Counted from the stretch's first letter, positions 31,271-50,785 are shown. The stretch is 64,000 bases of DNA from the human T2T-CHM13v2.0 reference genome, Homo sapiens (GCF_009914755.1 NC_060947.1); one strand, 5' to 3'. Numbers and translations: made by a program. Notes: generated by a model not told the origin, from the letters alone.

Positions 31271-31372
31271 GACTAAAAACAGAAGGAAAAAGTTGCATCA
31301 ATATTACATTGTCTGTAACCTGATTTTGTCTTTGCTTTGAAAGTGGTCAATTTTGATTTGTGTAGATAGTGA

Positions 31373-31410
<38 letters not shown>
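31373..31410 (+). repeat. (TG)n(CG)n alternating purine-pyrimidine repeat
   Basis: Directly visible. Confidence 0.95.
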
Positions 31411-32423
31411 CCAATGGGTCTGTAAGACTAGCTATCAGTTTGGTTTTATAGATTTCAGTACTAGCTCCCCCTCTAGCAATGCAAAGACTACGAAAAATAA
31501 ATTTGTATGTAACATCCCAAATCTTCTTTTAAAGTCAGGTTGCAGCAATAGCTTTTCAGCTTTGACAGATCAAAGATTAAGAACTTCGCCTTTTGAACTG
31601 AATTTTTATTCATAACAATTTGAATATCATTAAATTGGATACTTTTTATTTATTCCACCTATACCCTGGCCACCCATCTCACTTTTTAATTCCAAAGCCT
31701 ATACATAGAAAATCCACAGAAGAACAATCTGTATCTCTATCAAATATTTGTTGCTACACAAAATAATGGAATGGCTTAAATCCTACATCACTGAAAGAAA
31801 TAGATAATCAAATATCCAAAGTAACTTACTGCACCATTCAACTTCAAATTAACCAGCTGCCTTCCGTGAAACTGTCTATATTTATCAATGCATCTTAATT
31901 TTCTATTACACATTAATTTCAAAGCACTGGGTTTTGGGGTTTTTGTTTGTTTGAGGTTTTTATTTTTTCATTCTTTGTGTTAATTCACATTTTCTACTCT
32001 AAAGTCTGGACCAAAATTCTGTGCCATTTGTGGCATCATCATTCACCACTATAGGCAGAATTCACTTTGGTAGTGGATGTATGTGGGATTGGTGGAATTT
32101 AGCTTTCTTGGTAACCTCCAGCCATGTAATATTCCTGCTGTTTTCATTTTGATTAGTTCCCATTTCCTAACTTGCCTTTTCATTAATGATTCATGATTTC
32201 TTCCTGCCTCCCACTTAAAGGAAGACGGATCCATTTTTTCACTCATTCATTCAACAGCTATTATTAACTTCCTAATCTAGGCAGACAGCGTCCTAAGTGC
32301 TACAGGTGGGTACGATGATGAATATGACTGACATTGTCCCTGCCAAAGATGGAGTGCCTATTCTAGAATTGGCAAACCTTTTTCATTCCTCAAGAAAGCA
32401 GAGGTTCAGAGTGAGTTAGCATT

Positions 32424-33469
32424 ACAGGCCGCCTTCCTTTGCATGGTAGTGCAGGACTGGGAAAGTGACCATGCAAGCTGAAACTCTGCAAAGCAATCAA
32501 TAATCAATGAGAAAAATTATACCTGTTCCATGACCTACAACAATTTTTGTCAAAACTTACATACTCTCTTATTGTCAGTTATTAATGTATGGGGACATGA
32601 AAAAGTACAGTAAAATTGATATTTATTTAGTACACAGTAATTTAAACTATTAGAAACCTTGAGAATTAAACTGGATCTTTTTTGTAAAAATTTATCAAGA
32701 GGAGTTTGAACAGTGCTTGCCTTCTTTTATTCATCATATAGCTTAATGATATAGATAAGCATTCTTCTTCTATGCCTTTGGCAAATTGTCAAAGCTTCCA
32801 ATACTTTATCATTTGTGTTTTTATTATTGTGAAATATCTCCAAGAGTTCCTTTCATGTGAAGTGTTTTTTTTCCGTGTCACTTTCTCTGAGACAGCTTCA
32901 TCCTTTTCCTCATAACTTCTCCCCTTATTTATGTTGATGCATGTACCTTCACTGCATCTCTCTGGTGGCACATCTACAGTCTCAAATGAGGGCAATGTCA
33001 TTCCCACTGTCAGCTACTTCTTTGATGATTCCATTGATGTCTTATTTTAATTTCACTTCTAGTGTTATCACTTGTTTCTTTGTTGCACTTTCATCTTTGT
33101 TGACCAGTTCTCTCTATCAATGCTCCAATTTTATTAAATGTTACACGGCCTTATCACATGGGGGAAAACAAAAGAAGGCAGCACATCTACTTGCTTTTTG
33201 CTGTGTGTGCATGAGCTGAATAACAGACCAATCAGTGGCAGACTTGGAAAGAAGTGATGCGATTGGTTGCTGACCATCATGCACACCTTTTATTTGTGTA
33301 GTGATTTTTGGATTGAGCAGCTAATGGCAAACTTTGTGCTTTATGCAATTCAGTTAACATATCATGGTAACTGAAATTTAAGCTATGTTGTTGGGGACTG
33401 GTAGATTAGCAAAACCATGGTAACTGAAATGTATGCATATCAGGACCATGAATAATGAGGACTAAATGT
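32424..33469 (-). mobile_element. Tigger-family DNA transposon remnant (Tigger13a-like), inside an L2 fragment
   Basis: Repeated catggtaactgaaat and tgttgttggggactgg near one end. An L2 3' end (ttcattcattcaaca) lies at ~32240. Confidence 0.6.
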
Positions 33470-33477
33470 GTAGCATT

Positions 33478-33683
33478 CAGCACTGTTCAATAGAACTCTC
33501 TGTGATGATGGAAAGTGTCTAAATCCGTGATACTCAATATGATAACAAATACTCATATGTGGCTGCTGAGTATTCCCAATGTGGCCAGTATGACTAAGGA
33601 ATCAAATTTTAAACTTTATATAATTTAATTAATTGAATTTAAGCATTCACATGTAGCTATTGTCTACCACATTATACAGTGCA
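33478..33683. mobile_element. MER3 (hAT-Charlie)
   Basis: ctgttcaatagaactctctgtgatgatggaaa...cacatgtagcta. Confidence 0.8.
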
Positions 33684-34586
33684 GTTCTAGCGGGCAAGCA
33701 GATAAAAAAGAGTGAAAAATAAACAGAATAATGAGAGATAGCAATAAGTTCTGGGAGGGAACATTATAGGTTTCTGAGGAAGAAATCACATATAAGTCAG
33801 GGATTTGCCAACAATTTGGATAAAGGAACTAACTCTGATCAGTCAGTACACATGACACTCATTTCATATAGACCCTGCTGAAGAAATTTAAATGATATAT
33901 GCAATAGAGACAGTTGCAGATAAAGACTTTCGTTCATTAGACCATGAGCTTGACTTAGCCAAAACCATTTTTTTGGCCCCAAGTCCTAGGTGGAAAGACA
34001 ACTGAGCATCTCCTTAAAAATTAAAACATACACACACATATATAGACTCAAATACACTCACTTGTTCTTAGCCTTTGCATGTCTTACATGATGATATGTG
34101 ATTTGCGTGGATAGTTCTTCCCCAAGATTTGAAAATCTGCTGTAAAATGTTGGCTACACATTAGTTTGTGAATTGTTGACAAAGGCATTGGAGAGTGTGA
34201 AGTGTGGTGGCAAATACTGACCTAACAGCCAACATAGTGGTTGTTCCCTAAAACATGTCCTTCCCAACACAGTCTGAGCTCACACCAGCACTCACCTCAG
34301 AGCCTAAGCTTTCCTCTGCTTTTTCTCCCATCTTTCTACCTATTCTTGGTCCCAATTTCCTTCTTGGTTGGGTTTCAAGGCTGTTCCCAAGTCCACTCAG
34401 ATGTGGCCCAACATGTTCTGCAGCCTAAAATATAAATACTGTATAGGGTAGAAAGGAATAAAGGAAGAGGTGAGGCTCAGTTTTATGAAAGCCAATTTAA
34501 ATTTAGTATTCAATATTCTTTATTTCTTCCCTCTGTCTTCTTTCCCCTCTTTGTCTTCCCTGACACTACCCCCGACCCCACCTCTC

Positions 34587-35218
34587 TGTATTAGTTTCCT
34601 GTTGCTGCATGACAAATTAACACAAATGTAGTGACTTACAACAACAAGCATTTATTATCTCATAGTTTCCGTGGGTCAGAAGTCTGGGCACAGCCTAACT
34701 GGCTCAGAAAGGTTGCAGTCAAGGTTTCAGCTGGGCTGCATTCTCATCTGAAGGCTTGGCTGGGTGCAAGTCTGCTTCCAAGCTCATTCAGATTGTTGGA
34801 GTAACCCATTTTCTTGAGGATGTATGACTGAAGTCCTGGCGTTTTACCAGCTGGAGACTAGAGGCCACCCTCAGGTCATGGAAGCTGCTCACAATTCCTT
34901 GCCACAAGGGCACCTTTAACAGGGCTGCTTATGTTATCAAGCCTATGAGGAGAATCCATTACCTCAGGGAGGGCCCAGTCCCTCCTTTAAGGATTTTCAC
35001 CTGATCAAGTCAGGCCCACTTAGAATAATCTCCCTCTTGATTACCTAAAAATTAACCTATTGGGACCTTAAGTGCATTTCCAAAATTGCTTCACCTTTGC
35101 CATATGCTATTGGCTAGAACAATAGCTTCCTGCCCACACTCCAGGGGAGAGGATTGTACAGGGCATGAACACCAAGGGGCAGGAATCGTGGGGGCCACCT
35201 TAGGGTCTGTCCTCCATG
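34587..35218 (-). mobile_element. MLT1 (E-like) MaLR LTR
   Basis: Starts tgtattagtttcctgttgctgc...gggtcagaagtctgggcacagc and ends ggggccaccttag. Confidence 0.8.
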
Positions 35219-35923
35219 CCCACCAAGGCTCTTCCCCCAGCTACAGATCCAACTGATCACATATCACATATTCCTCTAGATAGATGAAATAGTATAATTT
35301 GAAATACCGACTTGAAAGGTTTTCAGGACCCACAGCCCTAATGTGAGTCATTAAAGGCCATACGGGAAACCTTCAGCCTTCTCTGCCCTGGCCCAGGTCC
35401 ATTCTCTAGATATATTTCTGTATTAACATGCCAAGTTGCTCCGGGGATGGAAACTCCAATAATTATGATGTGCTGACCTGTGCAGGTCAGGATTTTATTA
35501 GTGCTAAGTCCATAGGTGAGCTTCTTGTGACAATGGGACTTTTTTCATTGCACTCATTTTAGTCAAGTTATGACTTCAGGATCAGGTTATATAGAATAAT
35601 TCAACTAGCAGATGAATTGTTAAATATGCTGAACTTTAACCAGCATAACCACACCTTTCTCAAGTATTTATGGGGCAGGAGGATGAGGTGGGCTCAAGTC
35701 ACTTGCTCCTAAGTTATTCATCTGGAAGCAGAGCCCATGCATTCAAGTTCAACTCCCCAACATGCCTCACTTGGAACTCCTCACCAGAGTACCCTGAAAG
35801 GATGCTATTCCCTCCATGTGTGGTCCAGCAAAGATAAGTATGGAACAGGACTCATTTCTTTCTAGATTCCATGACCCTTTATTCTCTTTATTTTCCAAAG
35901 CTATATAAAGCTATATTGTTGAA

Positions 35924-36727
35924 CAAGTGCTGGCAAAGATGTGGAGAAAAGGAAACCCTTGTACATTGTTGGTGGGAATGTAAATCAGTACAACCACTAG
36001 CGAGAACAGTTTGGAGGTTCTCAAAAAAGCTAAAAATAGAGCTACCATATAATCCAGCAATCCCATTGCTGGTTATATACCCAAGAGATCTGCACACTCA
36101 TGTTTGTTGCAGCTCTGTTCACATTAGCCAAGATTTGGAAGTAACCCAAGTGTTCATCAACAGATGAACGGATAAAAAAAGAATGTGATACTTATACACG
36201 ATGGAGTACTATTCAGCCATAAAAAAGAATGAGATCCTGTCATTTGCAACAAAATGAACAGAACTGAAGATCATTATGTTAAGTGAAGTAAGTCAGGCAC
36301 AGAAATACAAACATCACATATTCTCACTTTTTTGTGGAATCTAAAAATCAAAACGATTTAACTCATGGAGATAGAGAGTAGAAGGATGATTACCAGAGAC
36401 TGGGAAGAGTAGTTGGGGGGGGCCTGAGAGGGATGTGGGGGTGGTTAATGGGTACAAAAGAATAGAAAGAATGAAGAAGACCTACTATTTGATAGCACAA
36501 CAGGGCGACTATAGTCAATAATAATTTTACTGTACTTTTTAAAATAACTAAAAGAGTATAATTGGATTGTTTGTAACTCAAACGATAAATGCTTGAGGGG
36601 CTGGATACCCCATTCTCCATGATGTGATTATTATGCATTGCATGCCTATATCAAAACATCTCATGTACCCCATGAATATATACACCTACTATGTACCCAC
36701 AGAAATTAAAAAATAAAAACATTTTTA
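35924..36727 (+). mobile_element. 5'-truncated L1MA (1-3-like): end of ORF2 plus 3' UTR
   Basis: ORF2-terminal peptide [20 protein letters not shown]. Perfect 17-bp TSD AAAGCTATATTGTTGAA at 35907-35923 and 36728-36744. Confidence 0.92.
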
Positions 36728-37958
36728 AAAGCTATATTGTTGAATGAGACTTACTGAAATACTCCTTTAGTACTCCCTGGATTTCTGAGAAAGGTGCAAC
36801 AAGGCAAACACACACACACAGGTGCATACGATGTAAATAAATGTAGCATATCACATCACCCAGAAATCCATACAGGGACCAGATGTGGCTTTCCTGCCTC
36901 CAGGCTGCCTTTGCCTCCAACTCCTACGAATCCAGTTTCCAGTTTGTTGTCAGTATGATTATAATGACATTAATAATAATAATAGCTAATGTTTATTTAG
37001 GCATAATGTGCCAGGTATTGTGCTAAATCATCTTCATGCACAATTATTGCATCTATTTCTTAGAACAACTGATGCGAAATTACTACTATCGTCCCGATTT
37101 TTAAGAAAGGAAACCGAGGTTAAAGACTCCAAAGAACTTGCCCAAAATCATGGATGCTAGTCAGAATCAAGATTCAAACACATGAATTGCAATTTTATTC
37201 AATAGTTCTTAGCCAAGTAGCTAGTGTGACTGTTTCTAGTCAGAGAAACGCTAGCACGTATTTTTTAAAATTAATTTCCACCAAAGAACTTACAACAAAA
37301 ACCAACCATCTCCTACCCCAAATTTCCACCCTCAGTTCCAGTTCCGAGGGACAACCTGTTTCATCAGTTTCTGGGTTTAGATTTTCTACTGGTTTTCTCC
37401 TTAGTTCTAGATAATCTAAATTTTGACTTACCAACTTTGGATGATATTATGGACCACCTCTTGAAAGACAAAGAATTGACTTACTTACATCACCCTGACC
37501 TTACCTTCTCCTCCCCTAACCTATGTTTGACAGGGGTATTATTATTAAGCTCTATTCATGGTTACTTATTTAGCTTTAAATGTTATAATTATATCTCTGC
37601 TTCTTGTTCAATCATCTTTAGACAGTCTCCTTGACTCCCCACCTATGTGAAACGAAGCTCTTTGCACCCCCAGTCTTGCTTCCTCTCTACCCCTCCCCAA
37701 CTTCTTCATTTCCACCTTCTATCTTAGGCCTTCAGTACCTTTGCATTTACATCATTTACATTGTTATTTAAAATAATGTTCTCCATGGTGTTTAGGGATT
37801 AAATCTTTGTAAACCACTGCAGACTGGCGAAACAGCATGGTGAACTGGTTTCTCAAAACCATAAAGTTATCCAGAGCTCTTCTAGAGCGTGAAACAAAAA
37901 ACCCTATGCATGGAAGGAAAGAAGAAAGAGTTTACTGGGAATTCATTCTATCTTAAGT

Positions 37959-38143
37959 CAGTGGTCCATAAAGTGTAGCTCCTGAACCAACAGCATCAGC
38001 ATCACCTAGAAACATTAGAAATGCAAATTCCTGGGCTCCACCCGAACTACTGAATCAGACACTCTGGGGATGCAGTACAGCAATCTGTGATTTAACAAGT
38101 CGTCCAGGTGATTCTAACACACGCTCAAGTTTGAGAATCACTG
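37959..38143. mobile_element. MER5A
   Basis: cagcatcagcatcacct...gaaatgcaaattc...tactgaatcagacactctggg...aagtttgagaatcactg. Confidence 0.85.
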
Positions 38144-38664
38144 TGTTAAATAATTAACAACTGTTTGTTAATTATTACATTAACAAATTTAAGGTACAAT
38201 TTAAGAACAATGACTCTTTCCCGCACTAAATCTTACCTTTAAAGGAAACTACTTAAAACATGCACATGCATTTAAAACCTTTGAAAAATTGAAATCTGCA
38301 CTGAGACGGTGACTGATATTTCCAAAAGAGATGACTACAGGTTGCATTCATTTTTAAGAGAGATCTTAGCAGACTGGACTTTCAGTATCATGAAACATAA
38401 AGGAAAGATGTTTCATAAGAAAAAAGAAAGCTGAGCGCAATTTGAATTGCATTTAACCTGGAGAAGTTCTTTATATGCCAAAGAAAGGCAATTTTCTGCC
38501 CCACATTTGCCTAACAGAAGTTCAATGTGATTGCCTCATAGAGACCCTTTAACTAATGCTGATTCCTCCTTAAAGGGCAGGTTTATCTTACTGTTTCTTC
38601 CTTGTCAAGTTAGGTACATTTTCATTTCTCTAGCCAAAATAAAGTGTTTTAGGCGTTGATTTAG

Positions 38665-39784
<1,120 letters not shown>

Positions 39785-40330
39785 TTATGACCTAGACTAG
39801 AAAGCCACCCAGCGACTTTCTATTAGTCAGCTGAGTCACCAGACCGGACTCAAGAACAGGAGAACTTGATTCTACCTCCTAATTGGAAGACTGATTTAAA
39901 AAAGCTTCAACCATCTTTAATTGTCACAGGTGCTTCCACCAAAGCCTCAACTTGATCCAGCATCTCAACTGTATTATCTATTTCATGAAATCGGCTCTTA
40001 GAGGAGTCCCTCCCTGCGAGCCTTCTGACTTCCTTCTTCATCATGAACCTGTTTCTATCTGCATAAGAAGTCCATCCTAGGACTTCCCTCTCCAGCTTTC
40101 TTAGAATAGACCCCATAGTTTCCCCGTATCCAATATCACCTAGGGGAATTTTCTCATAAAGATTATGTAGAATGTAACTTTGTTAAACTCTTGCATGTCT
40201 GAAAATACCTTTACTTTGCCCATATGCTTAATTGATAATTTAGCTGCATATGGGATTCCAGGTTCAAAACTGCATGCCTTGAAAACCGAGATGTCATTGC
40301 CCCCTTACCTTTTTGCATTAATTTGCTAAG

Positions 40331-40687
<357 letters not shown>

Positions 40688-41158
40688 TAGGAGACTTATT
40701 TCTTTCACTTACTTGCAGTCTCAATTTCACAAGGTTGTATCTAAGTCTGGAATTTTCTTTCATTCATTCTGCTTGGAATTTAGTGGATCTTTCTCTTCTG
40801 AGAGCTTATGTCTTTCTTCAATCTAGATTGTTTTCCTTCTATTGTTTTTTTTTTCCTCTGAGTTTTCTCTATACCCGTTATCTAGTGTGCACTGAACGGA
40901 GCAAACCAGTAGTCACATATTCACAGGTATTTGTTCAGAGATATTGGCTACATTGTTTTCATAAAATCCCCTTTAGTGCACAGAGAGCACTGGTTTGACA
41001 TTTTTATGATTTATTATGGGGCCGGTGGAATACGTGCAAGTGCTCTGCTCATGATCTAAGTGTCCCAGTGCATCATCGGTAAACTTTGTCCACCGTTTCC
41101 CTCATAAAACAGAAAGCCTTAGTATGGAAAAAATAGCAATAATAAATCACGAGGTTAA

Positions 41159-41468
<310 letters not shown>

Positions 41469-41511
41469 TGGTTATTTTCATACTAAGGTTTTATTTAAAA
41501 GTCCTTCCTCA

Positions 41512-41806
41512 GGCCAGGCACGGTGGCTCACACCTGTAATCCCAACACTTTGGGAGGCTGATGTGGGCGGATCACGAGGTCAAGAGATGGAGACCATCCT
41601 GGCCAACATGGTGAAACCCTGTCTCTACTAAAAATACAAAAATTAGCTGGGTGTAGTGGCACGTGCCTGTAATCCCAGCTACCCGGGAGGCTGAGGCAGG
41701 AGAATCGCTTGAACCAGGGAGTCAGAGGTTGCAGTGAGCCGAGATCACACCACTGCACTCCAGCCTGGTGACAGAGCAAGACTCTGTCTCAAAAAAAAAA
41801 AAAAAA
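41512..41806 (+). mobile_element. AluSc-like
   Basis: gatcacgaggtcaagagat and cagcctggtgacagag. TSD remnant TCCTTCCTCA. Confidence 0.92.
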
Positions 41807-42290
41807 TCCTTCCTCAATTCTTTACAACAAGTGGATTTCCTCATATTCTTTTCTATTTACTTTATAGTTTGACCATTCATATTTAGGTCTTTAATCTATC
41901 TGAAATATACTTTTTTATATGAAATTAGTTAAGAATCCACTTTTATTTTTCTCCATTGTTGTAGACAATTTCTTCACATCACAACTCTGGTCAGATCCTG
42001 CAGGACAAGCAGCACACATTGAGGTTTCAATGACAAAGGGTGGCACATATTGGAGATGGTGATTTCTAAGTTCTACACATTTTGCCTCTGGTCCGCTTGG
42101 AAGTCTCTGGAAGGAGTGCTCTTGGTCATGACACAGATTCTACTGGGGAAAGACTGAGATGCTCTCCACCAGCTTATGATAGGGAGCAGGTCACAAGGAT
42201 GAACTGAGGCAGAACATGGAGGATGTCACATGTTCGGCACAAAACTGTTGATGAACTCATGTGAGACACTAACAAGAACTCGCAGAGAAG

Positions 42291-42433
42291 GGCTGGGCGC
42301 AGTGGTTCACGCCTGTAATCCCAGCACTCTGGGAGGCTGAGCCGAGAGGATTGCTTGAAGCCAGGAGTTCAAGACCAGCCTGGGCAACAGAGCAAGGCCC
42401 TGATAAAAACATTAAAAAAATAAAAATAAAAAA
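42291..42433 (+). mobile_element. Alu left monomer (FLAM/AluJ-like)
   Basis: Single monomer with an A-rich tail. Confidence 0.8.
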
Positions 42434-44119
42434 GGAACTCCCAGGGAAAACTAAGGGAAACATCAATGAGAGAAAAAAAAAAACTCCTACATTACTAGCT
42501 GGGCACAAGGGCAGCCAAGCTATAGTTAATTACCATTAAGTTGATTCCTTTGACAACCACAGAGCTGATAGAATCAAGGGAAATAGAATAATATATGTCA
42601 GTTGCATTCTGTAATGTGTGACGGAGTGAAACTACCATTTTATTTTCAGATTGATTAAATAAGAATTACATTTCTGTGACTAAATCTCAGTTTGAAAAGA
42701 AAAAAAATTTATTTTTGAAACCAAGCCTGTATATGTCGGCCATTCGTGTTGTTATGAAGGATTGCTCTATATTTTAGAAGGATTTTTCTATTATACAGTA
42801 TTTATGCTGCTAAAGGCAAATGGATATGAAATAAGACATTATAATTATAACATTTAATCATGTAAAAATATCACTAAACCACACTTGAAAGTATCTTAAA
42901 TAAGATACTATTTTATTTAATCTGTCTGAAATATCTTAAATAAAATACTATTTTATTTAATCTATCTGAAAGATGGTAGAAAGAATAACTAAATCCCAGA
43001 GGATATTTTTAGTCTGTCTTTGAGAGTACAGAGCAGAAGATACAGTGGAGTTTACAAGTGCCTGAGGCAGCATAGGAATCAGTGAGGATGAAAGGTATCA
43101 TAATGATTGATGTTTAATACTTCTGGAAAGTCTAATTACAGTTTTAAGTGTCCATTTTCAGGTAAGACTGCTAAATTCCTTAGAAAGTTTTTTACATCGC
43201 TCATTACGTGTAGCACACATTTCCCTCAAAATACACCAGAGTTCAGTCTCACGAAACTTAATTTTCAGATTTAATTTGATGTAGGTGTACATTTCAGATG
43301 ATTTCACAATCCTTTGGGTCATTTTATTAATCTGATCAACCAAATATGAAAACTATTAGAGATCAACCGTACAGTTAATAAAATGATTTCACTTACTACC
43401 CTGGGTCAAAATTACTTAATTTTACAAGCTTATAAATCTAGGGGAGATGCAGGGAGTAAACATCTTTTAATTTTTTTTTAATCTTATAGAACTGAATACA
43501 GATAAAGGATAAATGATCCAGAAAGTTCAAAAAGTTATACTATGGGAGAAATTAATGTATAATCCCACTACCCTAGGTAGTAAATACTATTAACAATTTA
43601 TCATGATCAAAAACACTTCTGAAATATTTCATATCTCTGTGTGATCATTTCTACTCAAAACCTTGCAGTGGCTCCCTATTAATTTCAGGATGCAGGCCAA
43701 AGTCTGCAATGTTTTTCAGCACATGGCCCAAGTGACCTTTCTAGATATCTTTCTTGCCACTTCCAGTGGGGCATCCCCATCAGACTGATAAGCTGTTTCA
43801 GCCATTTTCTTGAAAGTTGTCAGCATTTATCTAGCATGACTTGGTGAAGGGCAGGAAGGTCAGATGAGCTGGGAGAGAGAGGAGGTAGGGTAAGGGCAGC
43901 AAGTGATGCCGGAAGAGCTGCAGCTTCCATCTATAGTAACTCTGCAAAAGGTTTGGGTCTGTGCTCTTCACCAGGCCAGAGCTAAGGAAACTCATTGTCT
44001 GATATTCTTCCTCAGTGACGGGGCTGGCAAAAACTGCAGGTGTCTGGTCAGTGGCAGATCCAGTTTGGCAGGGCCTGAAGATTATACAAGTGATGGATCC
44101 TCATCATGAAAAAGAATGA

Positions 44120-45604
<1,485 letters not shown>

Positions 45605-45919
45605 CAGAGGAAAAATCAATGACATCCATGACCTAGTCTTAGAAGCACACGCCATCACTCCCACCAAATTCTATTGGTTACAAGAATCAACTCTGATATA
45701 GTGTGAAAGGGACCTATACAGATGCATGAATTTTAGGAGGCAAGGATCATCAGGGGCCACCTTGGAAGCTGTGTACTACACAGGGTGATCTTGAACTAGC
45801 TACTTCACCTCTATGCATCATGGAATTTTGAGTGCTATTTTATTTGCTATTGTTATCATAGATTGACATATGCAAAATTAATTTTCCTGAAGCCAATTAT
45901 TTTAAGGGTGGATTGTCTA

Positions 45920-46282
<363 letters not shown>

Positions 46283-47625
46283 TTAAAAATAAAGTTCAAA
46301 AACAAGCAAAACTAAACAATGTTGGGTAGTGATGCATGTATTCATGGTAAAACTATAAAGCAAAGCAAAGATGTGGTAACCGTAAAGGCCAGGTGAGTGG
46401 TTACTACTAAAAGGAAAGGAGGTCATGTGATTGGAAAGTAGGTGGAAGGGGTTCTGTAGCTCTGACAACATCTTATTTCTTAACCTGATTGGTGATTACA
46501 CAGGCCTTTGCTTTTCAAAGAGTCATCAAATTGTACATTTATGTTTTAGGGACCTTTATGTATGTGTGCTATATGTCACAATTTAAAATCTGAAAGTTAA
46601 AAATACGTATGTTGGGAAAGGGCTAGCCAATAGGAGAACTGGACTGGAAATGAGGCAGTCCCCAAGTTGAACCTTCCTGCTCAACAAGGTTCTGATCCTT
46701 GAAAGAATCTTCTACAGCTGACAGATGAAGGAGAGTAGCTTTTGAAATGTTTCATAACAGCTGCCAAGGGTTCCTTTTGGGCAACCTGAGTATATCAATA
46801 AGAAGAGAGTGGCAAAATCACACAATGGGAGATCACCAGCCTGATAGAGCCATGCTTAGGAATGATGGCCAGAATGTGCCAGCGGTGCAGTCTGGAAAAA
46901 GAGGGTTGCATTGTTTCACAAAATGATAACCCTATTATTATATTTCCATGAAGACCAGCGAGGGAGCATCCAGGTAAGCAGTACAGTCTGTCAGTGAAGA
47001 ACTTGGACTCTAAAACCAGCCTACCCGGTTTTGAATCCTGTTTCTGAGTCATGCCAGCTGCGCGACTTTGGGTGTCATATAACCTCTCTGCAGCTCACTT
47101 CAGTGAGTCAACTAAAAGTTCCTCTGGTTCCAGAGGCTTCCATACAAGCTTCCTTCCACACCCACACCTGCACGCCCACTCTTACATGTACTTTCTCACA
47201 TGTGACAGTGCACACAGTCAGCCACTTCAGCCTTAAGGAAGGGATTCTGCCCAAGAACTCTGCTCAAGGATTCAGCCACAAAACGCTAGGATTTGGACAC
47301 ACATGATTAACCCGCCAAGAGAAAGGAGAATAAAGATGGGACATGTCAGTGTTATTTACCATGTCATCCTTGAATCCTCTGGCATATGACTTATATTTGA
47401 CATTAAGCTGAGTGAGTTAGATAAATAGGAAAACTGACTTGGCCCCCTGATTCACTTGGTTCTATCAAACCCATCATGCCTGTCTACTGCTCTCCGCTTG
47501 TCATCAGTCCACTCCTGTAGATTATTCCCGTTCAGACTCTGGTCATCCCAGAGGCAGTCTTCCCCTTTGGCTTAGGTAGAAAGACATTGTAAAAATTGTC
47601 ACTTCAGATTAGGAAACGCTTAGCC

Positions 47626-48996
<1,371 letters not shown>

Positions 48997-49445
48997 CCTT
49001 AGCCAAATTTCTTTATAGGCCTGAACCCCCAACTTAACACTCAACACTCAACATATAATTAATTTCCTTTTTTTATGCAAACAAATGAGATTAGCAAACT
49101 GAAACTCTCTAATGAACTTAAGTCATGCCAAGATCTGTAGACATCTTTTCTAGAAGACAATGTATACATATTATACATATTTTGTAATTCATTCATACAT
49201 GTTTTGCAAGTATCACATATTCTGTGAGAAATCTCTCTAGAAATTGCACTTGCATACTGTTTTAATACTCCAATTCAGAATTCGATGGAGACTTCCCCAT
49301 GAATGTGCTATGAGTGAGGTAACAGTTATGGCTGGATATCCATCACTGATCATTTTTTACCTGGGGAAGATAATAAAACCAGTTGTCTTACTGTGTCCAA
49401 TGACCTTGCCTACAGCTTACGGACAGATCTTTCTTGTCATCCCTC

Positions 49446-49991
49446 TGAAGGAAACCAAAGTGTTTCTCCCCAAAATATACATCTTTGACATATTTCAAGA
49501 TGGCTATTCAGAAGGGCTGGAAATACAAGAATAGCTGAAAAGCTGTCTTCTGTGGGGGAGATTTGCATCTTTAGAGAAAATATGCATTGATACAGCCAAG
49601 CTTTCTCTAAAGCCTTCTCTTGTCCAAATTTAGGGAAGATTAACTGGGAGTCTGGCACCTAAAGGTCTGAAAGAAATACTCACCATCTAGTCTTTCTGAG
49701 GGCTGCTACCTGTGAGGTTTTATCTGCATAACAAGAACACCTTTGCTAACCAGGCCTCTTCTCTCGCTATCATAACCAGTTTTACCAGGATCCAAGCCCC
49801 TATTCTTTCTGTAACCTCAGGATGGTGTCAGTGTCAACCATCTTCTTTTTCTCTGTGATCTTATAGTTTGTAAGACTCTGTGCACGTTAATAAATTTACA
49901 TGCTTTTTTTCCTATTAATCTGCCTTTTCTCAATTGCTTTTTCAGTGAAACTTTAGAGGATGAAGGGGAAGTTCTCTCTTGTTCCTCATAC
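49446..49991 (+). mobile_element. ERV1 solo LTR, MER34-like
   Basis: tgaaggaaaccaaagtgtttctccccaaaatatac...aataaatttacatgctttttttcctattaatctgcc. Confidence 0.75.
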
Positions 49992-50194
49992 CTCAAGAAA
50001 GGAGAAATTCAGGCAGAGTCAGCAATACTCAGATGTTTAAGAAGGCTGAAACCAGTGTTGAAAATGGCAGAATGGATAGACAAAGAGGTGGTAGAAAAAT
50101 GCTTTGACTAAACCAGCTATAAAAGCCAGGAATGAATTTGACATTTTATCCGCTCAATACTTGCATGTACCTTTAAACACAGAGATCATATTCA

Positions 50195-50785
50195 ATTAGC
50201 AGTTCCTCAAATGATTAAACATAGAGTTACCATATGACATAAAAATACACATCAACGCAAAAACTTGTACACAAGTGGTCGCAGAAGCATTATTCACAGT
50301 ACACAAAAAAAATAATAAGAAGAAGAAGAAAACAACCCAAATGTCTATCATCTGATGAATGGATGAGCAAAATGTGGTCTAGTCATCCAATGGACAATTA
50401 TTCAACCATAAAACAGGGTGAAATTCTGATACGTGCTACAACACGGACGAACCTAGAAAATATGCTAAGAGAAAGAAGCCAGACACAAAAGGACACATAT
50501 TGTGTGATTCCATTTATATGAAATGCTCAGAATAGGGAAATCCATGGAGACAAAAAGTATTAATAGATTAGTGGTTGCCTGGAGCTGGGGGTAATGGGGG
50601 AAGTGGTGAGTGAGAGCTAAGTAATTTGGGGTTTCTTTCTGGGGTAATAAAATATTTTAAAATGGATTGGGGTGGTGGTTGCACAACTTTTACAAATATA
50701 CCATTGAACTGTACACTTTAATTGGGTGAATTATATGGCATGTGAATTATATCTCAATAAAGCTGTTTCTAAAAAAAAAAAAAAC
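50195..50785 (+). mobile_element. L1MB 3' end
   Basis: gaaagaagccagacacaaaaggacacatattgtgtgattccatttatatgaaatg...tgtgaattatatctcaataaagctgtt followed by an A tail. Confidence 0.85.
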
